Positions 26,724-33,577 of a DNA stretch of 33,577 nt are shown here, one piece after another. The DNA lies in the IMG/VR virus record IMGVR_UViG_3300042515_000605, positions 1-33,577 of that record. One strand, written 5' to 3'. Within the stretch, counting starts at the first letter, position 1. Each line of letters starts with the position of its first letter. This stretch comes from a virus (lineage: Duplodnaviria > Caudoviricetes). A program made the position numbers and the translations under genes. Below the pieces are notes generated by a model. It did no database searches and was not told the DNA's origin. It saw only the letters and a list, made by a program, of their open reading frames with translations.

Positions 26724-27320
26724 ATGGAAAATAAAAAACAAACATTTAAAGAAGTATTCTCTGACATGAAAGATTTGTTCAAAGATATTTTTCAAGAAGA
26801 AATAAAAGATTTAAAATTTGCTGATTATAAGGCAGCAGACGGAACTATCATTAGAACTGATAGCGAAGAAATCCAAGTAGGTTCAAAGTTACAAGTAATA
26901 ACTCCTGATGGGGTTATGGATGTACCTGTTGAAGTAACTGAAATGGTTATCATGGTAAATGAACAACCAATGAAAGTTTACGTTGAAAACGGAGTAGTAA
27001 AAGGCTTAGAGCCTGAAGTTATGGAAGAAGAACCTGTAATGGAAGAAATGAACTCTAACCAAGAATTTGAAACTAAGTTTGCAGAATTAAACGAAAGACT
27101 ATCTAAGTTAGAAGCTGCCTTAGGAATTTCAAACACAGCATTAGAAGCTGCAAACGCTCAAATCGTAGCACAAAACGATTTAAACAGAAAGTTATTTGCT
27201 TTAGTTGAAAAGGTAGCAGATGCACCAAGTGTAGAACCAAAATCAACTGCAAAAGAAAACTTTAAAAAAACAAGTTCAATTTCGAGCTTAGAAGAATTTA
27301 GAAAACAAGTATTTAAATAA
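26724..27320 (+). CDS. Capsid scaffolding protein
   Basis: Acidic with a C-terminal coiled coil, between protease and capsid genes. Start reassigned to 26724. Confidence 0.7.
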   Translation: MENKKQTFKEVFSDMKDLFKDIFQEEIKDLKFADYKAADGTIIRTDSEEIQVGSKLQVITPDGVMDVPVEVTEMVIMVNEQPMKVYVENGVVKGLEPEVMEEEPVMEEMNSNQEFETKFAELNERLSKLEAALGISNTALEAANAQIVAQNDLNRKLFALVEKVADAPSVEPKSTAKENFKKTSSISSLEEFRKQVFK

Positions 27321-27348
27321 ATTAAAAAACAATTAAAAACAAAAAACT

Positions 27349-28317
27349 ATGGCATTTTCATTTGACACAATGACCGCATATGTTGAAGAAAACAGAGCGG
27401 ACTTAATTAGCAAAGCGATCTTAGGCGCTAAAACTTTAGGATTAGGAGTTGATATTCGTACAGGTATCAAATCTTCTGAAAAAATTCCTGTATTAGAATC
27501 AACAGTACCTTTCCAAGCTGCTGCATGTTCTTTTACAAGTTCAGGTACTACAACTTTTAGTCAAGTATCAATTGCAACAGTAGGCATTCAGTTTGCTGAG
27601 CAATTATGTTTAAATGACTTAAACACTTACTTTACTCAAAAGTATTTACCAGCAGGTGCAAATATTGATTCATTATCAATTGCACAACAAATCATTGACA
27701 GAAAAATAGCACAGGTTGCTAAGAATGTTGAGCAAATGATTTGGCAAGGTAAAACCACTTACACAAATTCATCTGTTTTAAAACAAATGAATGGTTGGTT
27801 ATCTACAATTGACACAGCAGGAACAGCGGTAGCAGCAACAGCATCTACTTTAAACTCAACAAACGTATTAACTATATTTGATGATGTTTATGCAAAAGTA
27901 CCAGCTGCTGCAATTGCAAATGAGCCAATCGTTGCTTTTTGTGGTTATGATACTTTCAGAATTTTAGCTGCTAAGATTACATCAACTTACGGAATCTATG
28001 GTTCTCAATATACTACTGATAATGTTTGGAATAATTGGGAATTAATGTATCCAGGAACTAACATGAAAGTTGTTGCAGTACCAGGTATGAATAATGATAA
28101 CGCAGTTGATACAGGTGTACTTCCAACAGCGGTTAAAAATCGTATTATTGCAACTTACGCTTCTAACTTAGTTTACGGAACTGACTTACAATCAGACACT
28201 GATAACATGGAAGCATGGTGGTCAAAAGATGACCGAGTATGGAAACTTTATGGTGCATTTCGTGCAGGGGTAGCAGTAAAGTTTATCGATCACGTTGTAC
28301 AATACACAAATTCTTAA
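27349..28317 (+). CDS. Major capsid protein
   Basis: 322 aa after the scaffold gene, with GIKS, E..IWQG, NG.L and NLVYGTDL motifs, a strong A-rich leader and a downstream terminator. Confidence 0.85.
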   Translation: MAFSFDTMTAYVEENRADLISKAILGAKTLGLGVDIRTGIKSSEKIPVLESTVPFQAAACSFTSSGTTTFSQVSIATVGIQFAEQLCLNDLNTYFTQKYLPAGANIDSLSIAQQIIDRKIAQVAKNVEQMIWQGKTTYTNSSVLKQMNGWLSTIDTAGTAVAATASTLNSTNVLTIFDDVYAKVPAAAIANEPIVAFCGYDTFRILAAKITSTYGIYGSQYTTDNVWNNWELMYPGTNMKVVAVPGMNNDNAVDTGVLPTAVKNRIIATYASNLVYGTDLQSDTDNMEAWWSKDDRVWKLYGAFRAGVAVKFIDHVVQYTNS

Positions 28318-28326
28318 TAATTAACT

Positions 28327-28350
28327 AAGGGAGTGTAACAGCTCCCTTTT
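28327..28350 (+). terminator. Intrinsic terminator after the capsid gene
   Basis: AAGGGAGT-GTAACA-GCTCCCTT followed by TT. Confidence 0.8.
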
Positions 28351-28364
28351 AAAAATTTATAACT

Positions 28365-28874
28365 ATGCCATGTTTAATCACCGAGGGAATAACACTTGAT
28401 TGTCGCCAGGGAGCAGGCGGTATTAAGAAACTCTATTTAACAGAGTTTGCAAACGTTTCTTCAGTAACAAGTTCATCAGGTAGTGTAACTGCAATTACAA
28501 TGGCTTCAGGCAAAAAGTTCTGGACTGTTGAGGTTGAATTAGAAGATGCACAATTTGATGAAAATGCGACTGTATCAATTGAAAACGGAACTACTTTTTA
28601 CGAACAAACATTAACTTTTAGCGTATATAAAATGACTGCTAAAAACAGAAACATTGTTCGCTTACTAACACAAAACAGATTAATGGTTATTGTTCAAGAT
28701 GCTGATGATGTTTATCATTTAGCAGGTGAAACAAGAGCTATGCACTTAACAGCAGGTACAAGTTCAACTGGTAAAGCAATGGGAGACAAAAACGGTTACT
28801 CATTAACTTTAACAGGTAAAGAACCATTACCAGCTAACAAAGTAAATTCAGGTGTAATATCTGGCATTATTTAA
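28365..28874 (+). CDS. Major tail tube protein
   Basis: C...GITLDC..GAGGIK, ENGTTFYEQTL and TG.AMGD.NGYSLTLTG.E, followed by a terminator. Confidence 0.75.
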   Translation: MPCLITEGITLDCRQGAGGIKKLYLTEFANVSSVTSSSGSVTAITMASGKKFWTVEVELEDAQFDENATVSIENGTTFYEQTLTFSVYKMTAKNRNIVRLLTQNRLMVIVQDADDVYHLAGETRAMHLTAGTSSTGKAMGDKNGYSLTLTGKEPLPANKVNSGVISGII

Positions 28875-28902
28875 TTTCCTGTTCGTTTATATTGATTACT
28901 TT

Positions 28903-28934
28903 AGGGCTGCAAAATATGTAGCCCTTTTGTTTTT
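28903..28934 (+). terminator. Intrinsic terminator
   Basis: AGGGCTGCA-AAATA-TGTAGCCCT followed by TTTGTTTTT. Confidence 0.8.
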
Positions 28935-28960
28935 ACAATAGTTAAAAATTTAGGTACTTT
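28933..28960 (+). promoter_or_regulatory. Putative late promoter TTACAA-N14-GGTACTTT
   Basis: Sits immediately after the terminator and before ATG 28968. Confidence 0.65.
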
Positions 28961-28967
28961 ATAAAAT

Positions 28968-29366
28968 ATGCAAATCATAAACAAAGGACAAAACAACTTT
29001 CTTATTTTTACGTTAAGTGAAAAAGTTACTTTGACAAATCCTTACTACTTGTTTAGTTTTAAACATCAAGTATTAATGAGTTCGGTTAATTTTATTGCAA
29101 GTGATGTAAGTGGGTTTCCTACACGTTTCAATAAGTTTTTAATAACTGAAACAACAGGCAGTGTAAATTTAACAAGTGGTGTTGTATCTTTACCCGAAAC
29201 AGGATTTTATGAATACGCTATTTATGAGCAAACAAGTTCAAGTAATTTGAACGTTGCTAATGTTACAGGGCTATTAGAGATAGGAATGGTAAAAGTAGAA
29301 AGCACTTTACCAATTTATAATGAATACGATAATCAAAGTAAAACGATTATAACTTATGGAGAATAA
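28968..29366 (+). CDS. Hypothetical structural protein (possible head closure)
   Basis: 132 aa, beta-rich, coupled to the portal gene. Confidence 0.55.
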   Translation: MQIINKGQNNFLIFTLSEKVTLTNPYYLFSFKHQVLMSSVNFIASDVSGFPTRFNKFLITETTGSVNLTSGVVSLPETGFYEYAIYEQTSSSNLNVANVTGLLEIGMVKVESTLPIYNEYDNQSKTIITYGE

Positions 29367-31272
29367 TATATACGATGTAATTAACTTAAAACTACAGGCA
29401 CATAAAACACCTGTATTTAAAGAAGAGAAATCAAAAGAATGGGTTATCTATGGAGCTGAAAGAGATGGTTACTACAATAATTACCCAGCTTATTTGCTTT
29501 ATTTGTACAATCGTTCTTCAAAGCATAACGCATTTATTAACGGAAAGGTTCTTTACATTTGTGGTGCTGGTGTTGGGTTTGATAGCGACAGTTTATCAAT
29601 TGAAGATATAGCAAGAGCAAATGACTTTATAAATAAAGAGAATACTAATTTTGATAGCTTAAAAGACATTGTAAAAAAATGTGTTTTAGATAAAAAGTTA
29701 TTCGGGGGTTACTATTTAGAAGTTATTTGGAATAAGGCAGGTAACAACTTTGAGTTGTTGCATTTTCCTTATAACAATCTTCGTAAAGCAAAAGATGCTG
29801 AAGGCTATTGGTACTCTAAAGATTGGAGTAAACAAAAACAAACACCTGAAGATACAGACCTTGAGTATATTCCATTATTTGACCCCGAGAAACCAACATC
29901 AAGACAAATATTTGTAAGTAAAGAATACAGACCTGATTTAGATGCTTATCCATTACCTGATTATGTTGCTTCAGCAGTTTATGCAGAAGTGGATGTTGAG
30001 TTATCTAATTATAGATTGAATGCTATAAAAAGTAGTTTTAATGCAGGAACTATTTTAAACTTCAGTAATGGCAAACCAACTGAAGAAGAGAAAGAAGAAA
30101 TTGAAGCACGTTTAAAAGAAAAATTTACAGGAACTGATAGAGCTAACAGCTTACTAATTTCATTTAGTGGCAATAGAGAAACAGCACCTACAATTGAACA
30201 TTTAACACCTCAAAATGTAGATGCACAATTGACTGAATTAAATGATCAAGTTATTCAAGAATTAATCATAGGTCATCACATACCGAATCCAATGTTAGTT
30301 GGTATTAAAACACCTGGTGAGTTAGGAAGTAAAGACCAAATAAATGATTCTTACGAGCTTTACAAATCAACTTACATACTACCAAATCAAAGAGAAATTG
30401 AAAAAGACTTTAATTACTTATTAAAGTTAAAAGGATTTGGAAATCGTATTTACTTAAAAGAGTTAGATCCTATTGAAGAGCAGTTACCTATTGAAGAAAA
30501 GATTAAGGTAATGACTAAAAACGAGGTTCGTGAAATGTACGGATTACCTCCAATAGAAGAAGAAATAAAACCAATTGTTTCAAGTGCTATTCATAGATTC
30601 TGTGAACCTGAACTTGAAGATACTTGCTGCGAACATTCATTTAAAAGTGTTTCTGAGATAGATGAAATAATTGAAATCTTTAAAATGTTTGGTGAAGATA
30701 AAGATGCCTTTGAATTTTATGAGCAAAAGTTTATGAATGAAGATGGTAAATTTGAATTTGCTGAAATTTCACCTTTAAGCAATAGTTTGAAAAGAGACAT
30801 AGTTGCATTGTTAGATAAAGATCCATTAATGGAAAATAAGACAATTGCAGATACTTTAAGAATAAAAGAAGATAGAGTAGCGGACTTAATCAAAGACCTT
30901 GTAGATGAAGAGCAAATAAGTGTAAAAGAGAAAATAAGCGGTGGTGATAAAAAACTTATTCGAGTTCCTAAATCTTCAGCAATTAGACAGGCAAATAAAA
31001 TAGGTAATGATTTTGAAGATTTTAAAATTATGTACTCTTACGAATGGAGACCAGGCGTAAAACCAAACAAAAGAAATAGCAGAGAGTTTTGTGTTAAACT
31101 TTTGGATGCAAATAAAATGTATTCGAGAGCGCAAATAGAACAGATTAGTAAGATAGTTGGATGGGATGTTTGGAATTTTAGAGGTGGTTGGTGGACTCGT
31201 AAAGGCGGGGATGCACGAACTCCATTTTGCAGACATATTTGGCAAGCTAACGTTGTAAAAACTAAAAAATAA
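29356..31272 (+). CDS. Portal protein with C-terminal extension
   Basis: YG...NNYP.YL..LYN.S..H.A.I, YPLPDY, KFTG...A and I..GH.I..P.L.GI, plus about 200 extra C-terminal residues. Confidence 0.85.
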   Translation: MENNIYDVINLKLQAHKTPVFKEEKSKEWVIYGAERDGYYNNYPAYLLYLYNRSSKHNAFINGKVLYICGAGVGFDSDSLSIEDIARANDFINKENTNFDSLKDIVKKCVLDKKLFGGYYLEVIWNKAGNNFELLHFPYNNLRKAKDAEGYWYSKDWSKQKQTPEDTDLEYIPLFDPEKPTSRQIFVSKEYRPDLDAYPLPDYVASAVYAEVDVELSNYRLNAIKSSFNAGTILNFSNGKPTEEEKEEIEARLKEKFTGTDRANSLLISFSGNRETAPTIEHLTPQNVDAQLTELNDQVIQELIIGHHIPNPMLVGIKTPGELGSKDQINDSYELYKSTYILPNQREIEKDFNYLLKLKGFGNRIYLKELDPIEEQLPIEEKIKVMTKNEVREMYGLPPIEEEIKPIVSSAIHRFCEPELEDTCCEHSFKSVSEIDEIIEIFKMFGEDKDAFEFYEQKFMNEDGKFEFAEISPLSNSLKRDIVALLDKDPLMENKTIADTLRIKEDRVADLIKDLVDEEQISVKEKISGGDKKLIRVPKSSAIRQANKIGNDFEDFKIMYSYEWRPGVKPNKRNSREFCVKLLDANKMYSRAQIEQISKIVGWDVWNFRGGWWTRKGGDARTPFCRHIWQANVVKTKK

Positions 31273-31835
31273 TGGCAACAGTATTATTATTAACAGCAAC
31301 TTACATTAAGGATTACACTTTTGTAGATCCTAATGTCGATGAGAAATATATTCGTATTTCAATTGAAGAAGCTCAAAAGATTCACATTCGTAACTATATT
31401 GGTTCGGGGCTTTACAATGAAATTATTACTCAAGTGCAAACGGGAAGTTTAACAGCTTTAAATACTACTTTATTAGACGATTATATTATCCCAGCTTTAA
31501 AGTGGTGGACAATGGTAGAAGCTGCGCCTTTCTTAACTTATAAGGTAACTAATAAGAACATTGTTAGAAAAAATAGTGATAACACTACGGGAGTTGATTA
31601 TTCAGAATTAAATCAGTTTATGAATTTAGTAACTGACAAAGCACAATATCATACAAATAGAATGATTGAATATTTGTTGGAAAATGCAAGTAGTTATCCA
31701 TTATACGATAATCCTGGCAGCGGCTTTGATACTATTGTGCCACAACTATACGCTTACGATAATGGAATATTTTTAGGTCGTAATCAAAGATATATAAGCT
31801 ATGAAGAAAAATTTGAAAAAAGAAAACGCTACTAA
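31272..31835 (+). CDS. Head-tail adaptor / head completion protein
   Basis: NVDE.YI...I..AQ.IHI..YIG..LY..I, directly after the portal gene. Confidence 0.65.
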   Translation: MATVLLLTATYIKDYTFVDPNVDEKYIRISIEEAQKIHIRNYIGSGLYNEIITQVQTGSLTALNTTLLDDYIIPALKWWTMVEAAPFLTYKVTNKNIVRKNSDNTTGVDYSELNQFMNLVTDKAQYHTNRMIEYLLENASSYPLYDNPGSGFDTIVPQLYAYDNGIFLGRNQRYISYEEKFEKRKRY

Positions 31836-31926
31836 AAAAAGTGGTTATAAGTTATTTAACAAAATAGAAATATTGAAAAAATATTTGAATGATCACGTTA
31901 AACCAAACAATAAAAAACCTAAATAA
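31801..31926 (+). CDS. Small Lys-rich protein (41 aa, MKKNLKKENATKKSGYKLFNKIEILKKYL...)
   Basis: Hand-translated ORF spanning the gap and overlapping both neighbours. Confidence 0.45.
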   Translation: MKKNLKKENATKKSGYKLFNKIEILKKYLNDHVKPNNKKPK

Positions 31927-32491
31927 TATTGCAAACGCTCACTATCAAATCAATTCATTTGGTAATGGTAGTATTGTTGAATTTGCAACAAGTGGAATAA
32001 CTAATTACCCAGCGATGTGGGTTGATTATGAAGCTCCGCAAGTACAAGGTAATGCCTATGTTTATGTATTGAGAATATACATAATGGATAGGCTTATAAA
32101 AGGAAAGACAAATGAGTTAGAATTGTTTAGTGATATTCAGCAAATATGTTTAGATATTATTTCACAATTAAGCTCTACAATTTACGGCTGGAAGTTAATA
32201 ACAGATAACATTACTTTAAATCCATTTAATGATCAGAGATTTGACGATGAAGATGCAGGTTACTATTTTGATGTGCAATTAAAACAGCCATTTAAATATG
32301 ATACTTGCCAAATACCTTTTAACTCAACAATTACAAATACAGGTACTTCAAATTTAGTTACAATAATAGACCAAAACGGAAATACAATAACAACTTTAAA
32401 AGGTGGTGAGACTTATCAAGTTTTGGTAGTTAGTACAATAGATGGAGGTTCAAGTTCTACAATTTATAGCAATACAATAGTACAAGCATGA
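31889..32491 (+). CDS. Tail terminator-like protein
   Basis: H.QI.SFG.G, YP.MWV, SD..QI..DII and PF...FDD..AG. ATGA-coupled to the fibre gene. Confidence 0.6.
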   Translation: MITLNQTIKNLNNIANAHYQINSFGNGSIVEFATSGITNYPAMWVDYEAPQVQGNAYVYVLRIYIMDRLIKGKTNELELFSDIQQICLDIISQLSSTIYGWKLITDNITLNPFNDQRFDDEDAGYYFDVQLKQPFKYDTCQIPFNSTITNTGTSNLVTIIDQNGNTITTLKGGETYQVLVVSTIDGGSSSTIYSNTIVQA

Positions 32492-33577
32492 GTACATTAA
32501 CAGCAAAAATACAATTAAGAAGAGATACATCTGCAAATTGGACTTCTAATAATCCGATATTAGCAGCTGGTGAGGTTGCATTTACAAGTGATGTATTTTA
32601 TACATCAACAGACCAACAAAGATTTAAAATAGGTGATGGTGTTCAAACATGGACACAATTAGATTACGTTCCTGAAGGTGGAGCAAGTGCATATCCTGAA
32701 CATTTATATTTAACAGTAGTGAATAAAACAGGAGATAATTTACTTGCAAGTGATTATAAAGTAATGAAAGTAAAAAATGCACAGGGACAAAGATTAGCAG
32801 TTGATTACGCTCAAGCTGATAGTGATGCAAATTCAGCAGATACTATTGGGGTTGTTTATGAAAATATAAATAATAATCAAACAGGTAAAATAGTTACTAT
32901 TGGTGAACTAACAGGATTAAATACAACAGGAAATCTACAAGGAGAAACATGGACAGAAGGAGATGTTATTTATTTAAGTCCTTTTAATGAGGGAGAAATT
33001 ACCAATATAAAACCAACAGCACCAAGTCATTTAGTTACTTTGGGTTATGTTGTTTATACTCATGCTAACAATGGAAAAATTTATGTTAAGTGTGATAATG
33101 GTTATGAAATCGGTGAGCTTCATAATGTTTATGCACCAAGTCCAAACAATAACGATGGTATATTTTGGAGTTCAGGAACAACACGTTATGAAAATAAAAG
33201 CATTGCAAATGTTTTAGGTTATACACCTGAAAACTCAGCAAATAAAGGAGTTGCAAATGGTTACGCACCATTAGCAAGTGATGCAAAAGTTGATGCTGCT
33301 TATTTACCTGCTTATGTTGATGAAGTTTTGGAATACGCAAATTTAGCCGCCTTTCCAGCAATAGGTGCAAGTGATAAAATTTATATTGCATTAGATACCA
33401 ATAAAGTATATAGGTGGTCAGGTAGTGTTTATATTGAGGTCGCAGCAAATAGTGGTGTTTGGGGTGCAATAACAGGAACGATAACAAATCAAACTGATTT
33501 ACAAGCAGCATTAAATGCAAAAGCATCTATTTTACCTTTATATTTTGGATCTGCGCAAAACACTTTAAATCCAGCAG
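32457..33577 (+). repeat. Terminal direct repeat, copy 2 (imperfect)
   Basis: Begins ctacaatttatagcaatac and ends aatccagcag, exactly as 1-1121 does. Confidence 0.97.
32488..33577 (+). CDS. Partial second allele of the tail fibre gene (363 codons, runs off the window)
   Basis: Open frame MSTLTAKIQLRR...AQNTLNPA, with about 54 amino-acid differences from copy 1 by hand count. Confidence 0.9.
   Translation, partial: MSTLTAKIQLRRDTSANWTSNNPILAAGEVAFTSDVFYTSTDQQRFKIGDGVQTWTQLDYVPEGGASAYPEHLYLTVVNKTGDNLLASDYKVMKVKNAQGQRLAVDYAQADSDANSADTIGVVYENINNNQTGKIVTIGELTGLNTTGNLQGETWTEGDVIYLSPFNEGEITNIKPTAPSHLVTLGYVVYTHANNGKIYVKCDNGYEIGELHNVYAPSPNNNDGIFWSSGTTRYENKSIANVLGYTPENSANKGVANGYAPLASDAKVDAAYLPAYVDEVLEYANLAAFPAIGASDKIYIALDTNKVYRWSGSVYIEVAANSGVWGAITGTITNQTDLQAALNAKASILPLYFGSAQNTLNPA

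Larger units (their letters stand above)
1..32456 (+). mobile_element. Complete circularly permuted tailed phage genome (siphovirus-like, probable Bacteroidota host)
   Basis: Terminases, portal, capsid, tail tube, tape measure, lysis and replication genes are present. Sequence from 32457 restarts the sequence at position 1. Confidence 0.9.

Noticed and set aside
783-33526. All minus-strand ORFs in the track, and the + strand ORF 20883-21080
   Set aside because: They are shadows of long + strand genes, with biased Leu/His/Phe composition and no recognisable motifs.
1-33577. Stop-codon reassignment
   Set aside because: Standard code 11 already gives dense, full-length, coupled genes.

Overview
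Apparently complete genome (unit length 32,456 bp) of an AT-rich, siphovirus-like dsDNA phage, most likely of a Bacteroidota host. Host evidence: TAnnTTTG promoters, A-rich starts without Shine-Dalgarno sequences, and a DUF5675-type lysin. Every credible gene is on the + strand. The window ends (1-1121 and 32457-33577) are two diverged, indel-free alleles of the same tail-fibre gene start. Gene order: fibres and lysis; early small genes; recombination (DUF736-like, Erf, YqaJ exonuclease, NinG); replication initiator with internal iterons; orphan C5 methyltransferase; ECF-like sigma factor; about six tandem glycosyltransferase-like genes; terminases; tail genes; head genes; portal and head completion. 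I recognised no integrase, repressor, DNA polymerase, tRNA or CRISPR array. The most notable signals are the glycosyltransferase cassette, a bipartite late-promoter motif (WTRCRA-N14-KGTACTT) that may be read by the phage sigma, an attenuator-like leader before the initiator, a GC-rich structured element at 9770-9872, and small genes bracketed by duplicated start junctions. Family assignments come from motifs recognised by eye, not from database searches.
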